From: Calditrichia bacterium
GTDB lineage: Bacteria > Calditrichota > Calditrichia > RBG-13-44-9 > J075
Reading direction: 5' to 3'
Length of the DNA stretch: 64,000 nt
Assembly: GCA_050633245.1 (NCBI GenBank)
Contig: JBOEGD010000030.1
Location: 64,001 to 128,000, forward strand
Positions 29,905-39,918 of this stretch are shown here, piece after piece. Numbering within the stretch: the stretch's first letter is position 1; each line of letters begins with the position of its first letter. The notes beneath the pieces are model-generated. The model was not told the origin of the DNA. It made no database searches and saw nothing but the letters and a program-made list of their open reading frames with translations. The translations under genes and the position numbers were made by a program.

Positions 29905-31212
29905 CTAAACCACATAGTTCTCGAGCGCATCTTTGTACGTTTTCAATACTCGCTCACGAGCAAATTTATGTTCTACAATCGCATTGGGATACTCTAACGA
30001 ATTAAGCTCTGGTACCCACTTTTTTATATACTTCAACTCTGAGTCAAACTTTTTAACCTGTGTGTACGGATTAAATACTCGAAAATAAGGTGCAGCATCA
30101 CATCCACAACCTGCAGACCATTGCCAGTTTCCATTATTAGCAGACAGCTCAAAATCCAGCAGCTTACGAGCAAAATATGCTTCGCCCCAACGCCAATCGA
30201 TTAACAAATGCTTCACGAGAAAACTTGCTGTAATCATACGAACGCGATTGTGCATAAATCCGGTGGTATTGAGTTCACGCATCCCGGCATCGACAATCGG
30301 ATAGCCCGTTTTACCATCGCACCACGCCTGAAATTCCCGCTCATTATTACGCCAGGGAATATCACTGTATTTTTTCTTAAACGGACTCCCAACGACATAA
30401 GGAAAATTCCAAAGAATCATCATAAAGAATTCACGCCAAATCAACTCATCCAGCCAGGTTTCGTTTAACTCCAGCGCTCGGCGAACCAGACGACGAATGC
30501 TTATCGTACCAAATCGCAGGTGAACACTCAAGCGCGTTGTACCATCTACGCTCGGAATATCTCTGGTATCGTGATAGCTCTGTACCAGCTCTTCACGAAG
30601 TTCAGCTGAAGGAAATTCCTGTCCTGCCGCTGCAAAGCCAAGTGACTCGAGGCTTGGTATTTCAAACGCAGTCGTCGACAGAAAGTTTTCCACCTCTTCC
30701 GATGGATGAGAGCGAATATGCTCTCCCATCAGGAAGCTGCGCCATTTATTCTTGAACGGTGTATAAACAGTGTATGGTGTTTCCTGCGCAGTCAAAATCT
30801 CCGTCTTTTCAAAAATTACCTGATCTTTGAAGGTGCGGAATTCAATTCCTTTTTCACGAAGCATCGCTTCAACAGCCTCATCACGAGAACGAGCGTAGGG
30901 TTCGTAATCGTGATTCGTATATACCGATGCAATTTCGAACTCATTCATAAGCTGCTGCCAGACTTCAATCGGCTTGCCATGGGCAACTAACAACGAACTC
31001 CCTTTTTCCTTGAGAGACCGATTGATTTCGCTAAGATGATGATGGATGAATTCGACACGACGATCATCTCGATCCTCTAACTTCTCCAGAATCGTCGAAT
31101 CGAAGATAAAAAGTGGTAATACGGGCAGCTCGCCCTTCAATGCAGCATGTAGTCCAACGTTATCTTCAAGACGAAGATCACGTCGAAACCAGAAAACGGC
31201 TATTTTTGACAT
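29905..31212 (-). CDS. phrB: Deoxyribodipyrimidine photolyase (CPD class I-like)
   Basis: WFRRDLRLEDN, ELIWREFF, GKTGYPIVDAGMREL, MHNRVRM, NNGNWQW, APYFRVFNP. Confidence 0.95.
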   Translation of the reverse strand: MSKIAVFWFRRDLRLEDNVGLHAALKGELPVLPLFIFDSTILEKLEDRDDRRVEFIHHHLSEINRSLKEKGSSLLVAHGKPIEVWQQLMNEFEIASVYTNHDYEPYARSRDEAVEAMLREKGIEFRTFKDQVIFEKTEILTAQETPYTVYTPFKNKWRSFLMGEHIRSHPSEEVENFLSTTAFEIPSLESLGFAAAGQEFPSAELREELVQSYHDTRDIPSVDGTTRLSVHLRFGTISIRRLVRRALELNETWLDELIWREFFMMILWNFPYVVGSPFKKKYSDIPWRNNEREFQAWCDGKTGYPIVDAGMRELNTTGFMHNRVRMITASFLVKHLLIDWRWGEAYFARKLLDFELSANNGNWQWSAGCGCDAAPYFRVFNPYTQVKKFDSELKYIKKWVPELNSLEYPNAIVEHKFARERVLKTYKDALENYVV

Positions 31213-31253
31213 CTGGTACTTTCAAAATGGATTGTTTTTTGGGTTTTCGGGTA

Positions 31254-31298
31254 TAAACAAACCGTGCAAAATTTACATGGTTAAATGTTTATAATCAA
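31254..31298 (-). promoter_or_regulatory. phrB promoter with overlapping 9-bp-periodic repeats
   Basis: TTGATT-17-TAAATT; TGTAAA-ttt-TGCACG-gtt-TGTTTA over -10 and start site. Confidence 0.45.
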
Positions 31299-31436
31299 GG
31301 AGGAAGAAAAACAGGAGTCAGAGAAGAAGGTCAGAGAAGGAAAGTGAGAGGCGGTAAAAAAAGAGAAACAGTTAGGCAGTTAGACAGTTCATTCCCCCCT
31401 TCTCCAAGTCTCCCTATCTCCCCGTTCCTATTTTCA

Positions 31437-32510
31437 TCATTTCCCCAATTCTTCTAACGGTCTCAGCTTTTCTACAACAGTCTCGCTGGAAACAGCTTCC
31501 ATGAATTCATCTGCAAGTTGCTGCCCGGCAGTGGCCACAGCTTCCCAGATCCGAATGCGTTCATCCTGTTCGTAGATATAAAAATCGTTACGGTCTGTAA
31601 TCTTGCCATTTGGCAGCTTGCTCACAAACTCAGGTGATGGAGCCAACATCAGAATATTGCGCAGATTCCTTTTACGCGGTTTTCGCCAGGAGAGAAATTT
31701 ATCGAACCAACCGGGAATAATGCGCGACATAAAGTGTGGATAAAGAACAATGCCATCGCCAGTGTTAAAGTTTGCTTCTATATGATAGTCTGCGATACCA
31801 CCATCATGATATGTTCCAGCAGGCGCATCCGGGATGTCCCGAATACCAGACATCACCAATGGAATAGACCCCGATGCCGTCAGCGCTTTTAAGATATTCT
31901 CATTGGTAAGGACAACATGCTTTGTAGGCATTGGGTTCGCTAATTCAGTTGGAAAGTTACTGCTCGGATGATGAAAGAGAATACGCTCAAAAAAGGCCGA
32001 CATTGTTCGCGGATGAATCGCATTAGCAGTAGCAGCGACTCCCAACATTGGCATCAAAAGCGGCTTCAGATCGGTTCCCAGCAGGTGACGGCTGCGCACG
32101 GTAATAATATTGTGTCTTAGAAACGGATGAGAAAGTAGCTCGGACTTTCCGGATTCACCCAGTAACTGATGAAGAATATGATCGACTACGCGTGTCACAT
32201 CTGCAGGTGATGGCTTTTGATCATAGTACTGATGAATATAATGATGCTGTAAGCGCCGGGTTGCCGCGGCAGGATCTTTCATACAGGCTGCAGCTAAACG
32301 CCATGAGGCTATCGAACCGCCCGTTAAGTGAATTGGATGCGATACGCCTTGCAGCCACTCTCCAAACAACACCTGATCGAGCTTACTAAGCAGCAACCAT
32401 TTCGGCCCACCCGCCGCACCGATGATCCAGCGAATTAAGTTGGGATGCAGACCATTCTGCTCAATGCGTTCGCGTGCTTCCGCGCCAGCATACCAATGAA
32501 GCATACTCAT
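31437..32510 (-). CDS. Patatin-like alpha/beta hydrolase
   Basis: AAGGPKWL, GGSIASWR (GxSxG variant), ASGSIP, YHDGG; start uncertain (ORF open to 32579). Confidence 0.8.
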   Translation of the reverse strand: MSMLHWYAGAEARERIEQNGLHPNLIRWIIGAAGGPKWLLLSKLDQVLFGEWLQGVSHPIHLTGGSIASWRLAAACMKDPAAATRRLQHHYIHQYYDQKPSPADVTRVVDHILHQLLGESGKSELLSHPFLRHNIITVRSRHLLGTDLKPLLMPMLGVAATANAIHPRTMSAFFERILFHHPSSNFPTELANPMPTKHVVLTNENILKALTASGSIPLVMSGIRDIPDAPAGTYHDGGIADYHIEANFNTGDGIVLYPHFMSRIIPGWFDKFLSWRKPRKRNLRNILMLAPSPEFVSKLPNGKITDRNDFYIYEQDERIRIWEAVATAGQQLADEFMEAVSSETVVEKLRPLEELGK

Positions 32511-32624
32511 AGGAAAGACCTTCTTACTTATGGAGTTTTCTTTGGCTAAAAGATAATGGAAGGAGAGCAAATAAACCAAGGGATCGACTGCGATTTCGAT
32601 GTTTAAAATCGCAGTCGAAAAAAA

Positions 32625-33695
32625 TTAAGCCTGCGGCTTCATATATGTTGCAAGATTGTCTTTATAAGACTTCTCTTCCGGATTCAACTCGGACGCTTTC
32701 TTCATTGCCTTAATGGCTGCCTCTGCATTGCCATTCGCAAAATGAAGTTGACCCAGCGTATCCCAAATCGCATCAGCTTCGGGTTCTAACTTCAGCGCTG
32801 CTTCGGCAACTTCAATCGCACGGTCGTACTGCTTATCCATTTTACCTTTAAAGACAAACCAGGCATAGGCATTCATCATATTTGCGTTTTCCGGCATACG
32901 CTTAATCGCGGCTTCATAGGCGGCAACGGCACCCTCGGAATCGTCGTTCCTTGCACTTTGGCGCGCGAGGCTACTATAGCTGCGCGACAGGAATGGACTA
33001 TCGTCAGGCAGAGAAGCGATCAGATTCTTTAGCTTACTCATATCACCCTTAGCGGCAGCATAACCTGCCAGACGGTATTTCGCCTCGTCCGCCAAGCCTT
33101 TCTCATTATTTGGATCTAAACTGAGAAGAGCTTCATAATACTTTGCGGCACTTTCATCATCTTTTCGCATGGAGTATTTATCGGCAATTTGCTTTGCCAA
33201 CTCTGCACTCTTATTGCTTTCAAACTGACTGGTTAAATCAGAAAGTGTGCCCGTGCCTTTGAGGTAATCTTTTACCTTCTGAACATACTCATCTTTATCG
33301 CCACCAAACCCAACCAGGCGATCAATTTCATTGCCATCTTTATCCAAAAAGATAACGGTTGGATATCCGGCAACGCTAAACTTCTTCATGAGATCCGGGC
33401 CTTCACCCTTCTCTCCATCAATTTTCATGCTAACAAAATTGGTGTTAAAAAACTCTCCTGCTTCACTGTCCTGAAAGACCGACCGGTCTAAACGTTTACA
33501 GGGACCTCACCATACGGCAAAGAAATCGAGCATCATCATTTTCTGCTTGTCGGCAGCCATTTTGGTTGTCTCATCAAATGAAGTCTTTACAAACTGGACT
33601 CCATTTGAAGCAACTTCAGTAGACGGACTTTCCGTCTCGTAGCCACCACAGGCAAGCAAAAACAACAACGCTGTTAGTAAAAGCGGCTGTTTCAT
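32625..33695 (-). CDS. Probable selenoprotein: thioredoxin (UGPC)-TPR lipoprotein, 356 aa, Sec at codon 63
   Basis: ORFs 33507-33695 and 32625-33428 share a frame; read-through gives LDFFAVW-U-GPCKRLDRSVFQDSEAGEFFNTNFVSMKIDGEKGEG; lipobox LLAC; GYPT cis-Pro motif; TPR NAYAW..WDTLG. Confidence 0.85.
33468..33505 (-). promoter_or_regulatory. Bacterial SECIS-like hairpin
   Basis: After UGA: lower stem GUCC(C)UG/CAGGAC, upper stem AGACC/GGUCU, apical loop GGUC starting 23 nt downstream. Confidence 0.7.
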
Positions 33696-33820
33696 GCGTT
33701 TCTCCTCTGGTTGTTAATATGACAGGACTTAGTAGAACAAAAATAATACATCAACTTATAAATAACGTCAATATACCACAAAAGATTCATTCGCCTGCCA
33801 GAGTCAAACTCTGGTGCGAC

Positions 33821-34759
33821 TTATTTATTCTTATCGTTCTTCAAAGACTCTCGCAATGCCTTGGCATCCTGCTTTACCTTATCACTGGGACGCTTAAACA
33901 GTTTCTTTCCTTCGGCATAAACACGTGCTGGTGGCGTGCGTAAGTCCCAAACAATGCGAAACCAGGACAGCACCCGCAAACCATAATGTGCCGGATCAAA
34001 CTCCCACCAGTAAAAGCCCTGACGCTCCGAGGACGGAAAACGGTGATGGTTATTATGCCATCCTTCACCCAGGGTAATAATGGAAATCAGCAAGCTGTTG
34101 CGACTATCATCATCTGTCTTAAAACGCTTGCGCCCGTAAACATGAGTAAGCGAATTTACCGTAAAGGTGCCGTGATACAACAGCGTTGTACTGATGAAAA
34201 ATCCCCAAACCACCATTTGAAAACCCGATGTGCCGAGCTCCGGAAAAAATGAGTTCAGCGTATAACCAATTCCGTACATAATTCCAGCCAGCGTAACCGG
34301 TGGAATCCAGTAAAAACGATCCAGGAAATTCAACTCGGGAAATTTAATTAAATCTTTTACCAGCTTCGTATGCGTACATTTGTATTTATCACACAAGATC
34401 CAACCAACATGCGACCAAACAAATCCTTTTCTTGGGGAATGTATATCCTCCTCGGTGTCGGAGTGCTTGTGATGATGGCGGTGATGCGCTGCCCACCAAA
34501 GCGGGCCTTTTTGTGCAGCAGACGTCCCGAGATAAGCCATCATAAATTGAAAAACGCGGGTGGTTTTATACGTACGGTGTGAAAAATAGCGATGGTAGCC
34601 GGCAACTATTCCGAACATGCGAATACTATACGTCAACAATAATGCGACAATTGCTACCCAGCTAACGCCTGCCCATATGACTAATACGCAGGCAATGTGA
34701 ACTAAAAAAAACGGAATACCTTGAAACCAATTTGTGACTTCATCTGATGGTCGTGACAT
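33821..34759 (-). CDS. Acyl-CoA/acyl-lipid delta-9-type fatty acid desaturase
   Basis: His boxes YHRYFSH, HHRHHHKHSD, GEGWHNNHH; start at MSRPS after GAGGA. Confidence 0.92.
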   Translation of the reverse strand: MSRPSDEVTNWFQGIPFFLVHIACVLVIWAGVSWVAIVALLLTYSIRMFGIVAGYHRYFSHRTYKTTRVFQFMMAYLGTSAAQKGPLWWAAHHRHHHKHSDTEEDIHSPRKGFVWSHVGWILCDKYKCTHTKLVKDLIKFPELNFLDRFYWIPPVTLAGIMYGIGYTLNSFFPELGTSGFQMVVWGFFISTTLLYHGTFTVNSLTHVYGRKRFKTDDDSRNSLLISIITLGEGWHNNHHRFPSSERQGFYWWEFDPAHYGLRVLSWFRIVWDLRTPPARVYAEGKKLFKRPSDKVKQDAKALRESLKNDKNK

Positions 34760-34866
34760 GAAGTAATCCTCAATGTTAAAACAGTTACTCACCGGTACAT
34801 CAACCGGCTAAACAATTCTGATTAAAAATATAGCCGTTTTAGCACGATTTACCAATCATTTTGAAA

Positions 34867-34984
34867 CAGAACTCAGAACTCAGAACTCAGAACTCAGAAC
34901 TCAGAACTCAGAACTCAGAACTCACAACTCAGAACTCAGAACTAAGAACTCAGAACTCAGAACTCAGAACTCAGAACTCAGAAC
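34867..34984. repeat. Heptamer tandem repeat (CAGAACT) x about 17
   Basis: 118 bp, two variant units (CACAACT, AAGAACT); then (GACAATC) x about 3 at 35001-35020. Confidence 0.95.
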
Positions 34985-35265
34985 AGTATAAAGTTCAATG
35001 GACAATCGACAATCGACAATATAAAGTGCAATGATTCGAAAATTAAGTTGTCAAACGAATGTGCGGCAGTAGTATCGCACAGGAGTGCTTACCAGTTGCG
35101 TGGAGCTACTGCAAAAAAGATTGCCGGGGTGGAATAATAACGTTAGATTAAAGTGATACTTCTGCCAGAACCAAATGGAACATGCGGCGTTATATTGAAT
35201 AGCAGGTGTCAGGAAGCAAAACATATCAACAAGCAGAAGAACAACTAAGAGTTGAAGCATCATTC

Positions 35266-36231
35266 ATGAATAATATATCTTCGATGAAAAACCGCGAACG
35301 AAACACATACGCAACATCAGTGGTGCTATCCATTCTGCTGCACTTGTTGCTGCTGTTTCTAATCGGTTTATTTCAACTGCTTTCTCCTTCGGCTCAGGCA
35401 CAGCCGGAAACACAACCGATCGTGCTGGAGTTCGAACAACCGGCACAGCCCCCCCCCCCACAACCAATTCAACAACAGCAGCCGCTACCGGAGAAGCTCT
35501 ATGAAGTTGTGGAAAACCCAAATGCCGATAAGCAGAAGGCATTGGATGGTTCATTGCTTGCCGCACAGTCATCGCGTTCTGCTGCACCAGACATCAGCAA
35601 ACCGGAAAAATCGCAGGCTCCTAAAACAAAGCCTGAACTAAGCAATGAGGTAACGCTACCATCTGAAGCGTCTTCAAGTGCTGAAAAAGCCCCGGAAGAA
35701 GCATTCGATATGGATGGAACAATAGAAGCATTTCTGCGCAAAAATCAGCCCCGCTTTTCCAAAAAACTCCTGACGCAAAACAAAAAAAATGACAGCGGAT
35801 CCAGCCAAAACTCAGCTCAATCCGAAACCGGATATGTTCAAACAGAGTTTGATGCTGAGTTTGTCGGTGAAATGCGATTCAACACCTACGAATGGGATTG
35901 GGCACCATGGTGGTTGAAGTTTCGCGAAAAACTCATTCGCTTTTGGGTTTTAAACGTTCCCAGTATGTATAACCGTCTTGGTCTTATAGATGGTCGCACA
36001 TATGTTACTATTCAAATTGATCAAGATGGAAAATTAATCCAGTACAAGATCAATGAACATGTTGGGCACGAATCACTCTACCACAGTAGCGTCGGAACAA
36101 TAGAAGGCGTATTTCCTTTTAAAGCACTGCCGCCTGATTTTCCCGAAGAATTTCTCGAACTTAATTTTGTTATGATATATCCTAACCTAAGAGAACTGAG
36201 CGAAAAGTATCCTGATCGATTTCGAAAATAG
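35266..36231 (+). CDS. TonB/TolA-like energy transducer
   Basis: N-terminal anchor S..LHLLLL, Pro/Gln-rich linker, C-terminal domain with PFKALPPDFP; directly upstream of exbB-exbD. Confidence 0.75.
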   Translation: MNNISSMKNRERNTYATSVVLSILLHLLLLFLIGLFQLLSPSAQAQPETQPIVLEFEQPAQPPPPQPIQQQQPLPEKLYEVVENPNADKQKALDGSLLAAQSSRSAAPDISKPEKSQAPKTKPELSNEVTLPSEASSSAEKAPEEAFDMDGTIEAFLRKNQPRFSKKLLTQNKKNDSGSSQNSAQSETGYVQTEFDAEFVGEMRFNTYEWDWAPWWLKFREKLIRFWVLNVPSMYNRLGLIDGRTYVTIQIDQDGKLIQYKINEHVGHESLYHSSVGTIEGVFPFKALPPDFPEEFLELNFVMIYPNLRELSEKYPDRFRK

Positions 36232-36280
36232 ATAATCCGTTCTCTCGATTATAGACAACTCTTTTACATACGGACAAACA

Positions 36281-36928
36281 ATGCTCGAACTATTTGAAAC
36301 AGGCGGAATAATGATGTATCCGCTGGTGTTGTGCTCTTTTCTAACGCTAACCGTGTTTTTTGAACGCCTCTGGAGTATGCGCAGAGCAAAAATAATGATA
36401 CCGGAAGTTATTACCGTTGTGGAGCAACTTAACAAGAAAGAAGACCTGAACCTGGCGAAATCCGTTTGCGAGAAGTTCGACGGTCCTTTTCCAAACATCA
36501 TTGTCTCCACAATCAACAACTTCAACCTTGCACCGGAAGACCTGCGCGTAACGGTCGAAGATGAAGGCCGCCAGCAGGTACGCACCCTGTCGCGTGGATT
36601 GAGCATACTGGAAACAGTCGCTGGAATTGCACCGCTTCTTGGTTTGCTCGGAACCGTATTGGGAATGATAGAAGTCTTTAACGTAATCGAAGAGCTCGGT
36701 GTAGGACAAGCCAAGGCACTTTCCGGTGGAATCGCTGAGGCTCTTGTAACCACAGCCACCGGACTGTTTATTGGAATCCCGGCACTAATCGCGTTTAACT
36801 ATTTCAATACGCGTTCCGAAGGCTTAATTCTTGATATCGAAAATTATGTGCTGATCCTTGTTAATAAGATCATTCATCTAAAGAATGAAGAAGCCGAGCC
36901 GGTTGAAGTGAGGTTACGCTCCGAATGA
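36281..36928 (+). CDS. exbB: MotA/TolQ/ExbB proton channel
   Basis: GGIMMYPL, IAPLLGLLGTVLGMI, GIAEALVTTATGL. Confidence 0.9.
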   Translation: MLELFETGGIMMYPLVLCSFLTLTVFFERLWSMRRAKIMIPEVITVVEQLNKKEDLNLAKSVCEKFDGPFPNIIVSTINNFNLAPEDLRVTVEDEGRQQVRTLSRGLSILETVAGIAPLLGLLGTVLGMIEVFNVIEELGVGQAKALSGGIAEALVTTATGLFIGIPALIAFNYFNTRSEGLILDIENYVLILVNKIIHLKNEEAEPVEVRLRSE

Positions 36929-37323
36929 AGTTAATAGACAAGCAAAAAGCAAAGGCTGTTTTGAATATTACACCGTTGATAGACGTGCTGTTTATTCTAA
37001 TCATCTTCTTTACCATCACCTCGACCTTTTTGGAGCAGCCGGGATTAAAACTGGATCTGCCCAAAGCGGCAACCGGTGAACTGCAAAAAGTAGAGAAGGC
37101 AGTACTCACTATTGCCGATGGCTCCCGAATGCAGTTTGGCGATCAAGACGTTACAAAGACCAGTCTTCCTGATATTTTGAAATCTGCCATGGAAGAACGC
37201 GGCGATAAGAGCTTAATAATCAGTGCAGATAAGAAGGTAGAACATGGGATGGTTGTGGAGATTATGGACATAGCCCGCCAGAACGGCGTAGAAAAGCTGG
37301 TTATTTCAACAGAAAGCCGATAG
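36925..37323 (+). CDS. exbD: ExbD/TolR biopolymer transport protein
   Basis: NITPLIDVLFILIIFF, ADKKV.HG.VV.IMD; ATGA overlap with exbB. Confidence 0.9.
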   Translation: MKLIDKQKAKAVLNITPLIDVLFILIIFFTITSTFLEQPGLKLDLPKAATGELQKVEKAVLTIADGSRMQFGDQDVTKTSLPDILKSAMEERGDKSLIISADKKVEHGMVVEIMDIARQNGVEKLVISTESR

Positions 37324-37329
37324 CGGTTT

Positions 37330-38199
37330 TTAATCCAGCAGCAGCTCCTGAAATGACTGCAGATTACGCACTATCGCCGAGCTGTCGATGCGAAGTTGAG
37401 AAAATCCTCGGCCACCCAGAAATGCAGACGACCGATGCATTCCGCAAAGTTCCAGAGCCTCATCCAAATACATCTGTGTCTCTTTTTGATTCATTACATA
37501 CGTGCTGCTAAAATAGACCCGATTGGGCTGTATCCGCTCGAATAGCGAAGCGAGCTTAAAGTTAGGTGTTGGCATTGCGCCCCCAAAGAACACCTCGAAC
37601 CCTCGCTCTTCCAATACATAATCTGTCATTTTCAGCGCTACGTAATGCGTATCATTTGGCAAAACCAGGCACAACACCCGCCCGCGCGTCGGATTGGGAA
37701 TACGCACAATCCCCTGTAGTCGGGAAAGCGAATCACACAGCGTATCGGTCGCCAAATGTTCATCAAGTATTTCAATTTTCCCCTCATGCCATAGAATACC
37801 AATACGATGCAGAACCGGGGTTATTAGCTCATCAAAAATTTGATGCAGCGGTACCTGACTCAAGTACAAGCCGCTCAATACCTTCTGAACCTGCTTACGT
37901 TGACTTTTCAAGGCGCACTTTTCCACATAGTCAATTAGCACAGGAAAATTCATTTTTAGAACATTCGTCGCGATTTCCACATCATCCGGACTTTCGATGG
38001 GAAACAAATTGATCTTTTTTGTTTGTGATTTGTTGTTCTGAATAAAGGCGGTAAGGTGACTCATTAAAAATTTGCGATGCCCACCTGCAGTACGGATACA
38101 TTCCAATCGACCGGCGTCTGTCCAACGTTTTACCGATGACACGTTTACGCCAAATAATTTGGCAACTTCAAGACTATTTAGACTCTTTTGCATACTCAC
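37330..38199 (-). CDS. CarH/LitR-like B12-binding transcriptional regulator with excisionase/MerR-type HTH
   Basis: VAKLFGVNVSSVKRW..G.L..RTAGGHRKF; W-x9-EH (WHEGKIEILDEH); DTH and GGRG B12-binding motifs. Confidence 0.8.
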   Translation of the reverse strand: MSMQKSLNSLEVAKLFGVNVSSVKRWTDAGRLECIRTAGGHRKFLMSHLTAFIQNNKSQTKKINLFPIESPDDVEIATNVLKMNFPVLIDYVEKCALKSQRKQVQKVLSGLYLSQVPLHQIFDELITPVLHRIGILWHEGKIEILDEHLATDTLCDSLSRLQGIVRIPNPTRGRVLCLVLPNDTHYVALKMTDYVLEERGFEVFFGGAMPTPNFKLASLFERIQPNRVYFSSTYVMNQKETQMYLDEALELCGMHRSSAFLGGRGFSQLRIDSSAIVRNLQSFQELLLD

Positions 38200-38611
38200 A
38201 CCACCTTCTACACAAGATCCAACCTGAACGATTTGCGCGAATTCATGTTACATGAAAACAACATCGTACAACTTGTGCAAGAGATTTCTTCAGGAAAAAC
38301 AGGTGTCAGGTGTCAGGCATGCGTTACTTTTTTTAGCCACTTTCTTTAATTAGAGAAGAAGAAACGACACCGTTTTCTACTTTTTCAGGGCGATTTAAAT
38401 TAAAATGTAAAAAGATTCATAACCCTGAACACTTAATGCTAATATAGATTAAAACGCCAGTAACAAGTTATCCTCTCATTGACACTTGCTTAATCAAGAG
38501 TGTTCTTCTACAAGGTATATCACGTGATGACTTTTGCGTTTTTAAGAATAGGTTAAGTAAGCCTGCTCGCTAACAAAAAGCCTTTTAAGGAGGTGAGTTA
38601 ATGTATGGCAT

Positions 38612-38651
38612 AAAAAAATGCCCATCCTGATGCGGACACATCCGGATGGGC
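38612..38651 (-). terminator. Orphan minus-strand intrinsic terminator
   Basis: gcccatcc..ggatgggc stem plus U7 with no minus-strand ORF upstream. Confidence 0.6.
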
Positions 38652-38892
38652 GAATGCAGGTAAAATACCGGTATAGGGCATTTTAATCGTTCCTACAGAG
38701 GTACAACTTACGAAAGTTTTACTTATTTCAAAGTTTTTGCCCTCTGTATTCTACCCCCTACCCCGGTCAGCCTTACAAATTCAGTATACAATTTATTTTT
38801 CAACCTCTGCTTAAATCGTTTTAAAGGAAACTCCTTATCGATTCTCTATGCAGTTGAAAAACCATATTTCAATTCAAAAAGCCGGAGTCGTT

Positions 38893-39918
38893 ATGAAAAA
38901 CTATTCATTTATTATATTACTGACCGTTTTAATCTTTTCACTTAATCCTCTATTTGCCCAGTCAAATTGGGTGCCAACCTCAAATACGATGTATTTGATA
39001 CCCACCAGTGCCAAAGTTGGGATTGGTACAACAAATCCATTGCAAAAGCTGGATGTTAACGGAGGCCTTCGTTTAACCGGTTCACTGATGGGCTATGATG
39101 CCAGCGACAAGCTATCCATCTTTCAAAACACAAATGCCGGCAACAGCCGCAGCTGGATTGAGTTATGGGATCAGGATGGAGCCGGCAGCAGAATTGGTGA
39201 GCTAACCATGGCCGGCACTTATGTAGATCTGCGCTATGGCTCAACAAACGTCAGTTCCGGTTCTACTGGCTTGCGCCTCAACAGTAGCGGAAATGTTGGG
39301 ATTGGTACAACAAATCCTCAGGACAAGCTGCATGTGGCAGGAGCACTTCGATTAGATAGTAATATTCGTAGAAACCTTACCGGAACAAGCGGCACGGCAT
39401 GGGGAATTTATAGTGAAACAGGATCCACTAACAGCCGTGCCTGGATTGAATTCTGGCGGCAAAACAATTCTGGTAGCAGGATAGGTGAGCTTACCCTTGC
39501 AGGAACCTATATCGATTTCTTTTACAACTCCACAAGTACAGGTGCTGGAAGTGTTGGGATGCGACTTAACTCCAGTGGAAATGTTGGTATCGGTACAATT
39601 GGAGATATTACTGAGAAGCTAACAGTTAATGGCACTGTTCGCGCAGAAGAAGTGATTGTTGAAAATATAAGTGCAGACTTCGTCTTTGAAGATGACTATA
39701 AACTGCGCTCGCTTGAAGAAGTGGAAAGTTTTATAGAAGAGAATAAGCATTTACCCGACATGCTCCCCGCTATAGAGATGGAAAAAGGCATTGGCGTCAG
39801 CGAAATGCAAACTCTCCTGTTGCAAAAAGTGGAAGAACTCACCCTTTATTTAATCGAAATCAAAAAAGAAAACGTGGAGCTGCGTAAGCACATTACAACT
39901 ACACAGGTAGGCAATTAG
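38893..39918 (+). CDS. Exported fibre-like protein with GNVGIGT repeats and C-terminal S74-chaperone-like coiled-coil domain
   Basis: Signal peptide; two internal repeats NSR.WIE.W.Q...SRIGELT.AGTY; ADFVFEDDYKLRSLEEVE..HLP..LLQKVEELTLY. Confidence 0.8.
   Translation: MKNYSFIILLTVLIFSLNPLFAQSNWVPTSNTMYLIPTSAKVGIGTTNPLQKLDVNGGLRLTGSLMGYDASDKLSIFQNTNAGNSRSWIELWDQDGAGSRIGELTMAGTYVDLRYGSTNVSSGSTGLRLNSSGNVGIGTTNPQDKLHVAGALRLDSNIRRNLTGTSGTAWGIYSETGSTNSRAWIEFWRQNNSGSRIGELTLAGTYIDFFYNSTSTGAGSVGMRLNSSGNVGIGTIGDITEKLTVNGTVRAEEVIVENISADFVFEDDYKLRSLEEVESFIEENKHLPDMLPAIEMEKGIGVSEMQTLLLQKVEELTLYLIEIKKENVELRKHITTTQVGN

Noticed and set aside
33507-33509. Genome-wide TGA reassignment
   Set aside because: TGA ends several clear genes here (exbB, ricT, dut, DUF2164) at expected lengths
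34867-34984. CRISPR array
   Set aside because: Contiguous 7-bp units with no spacers and no cas genes
38893-39918. Prophage tail-fibre gene
   Set aside because: Has a Sec signal peptide and no phage genes nearby; this domain type is common in FCB chromosomes
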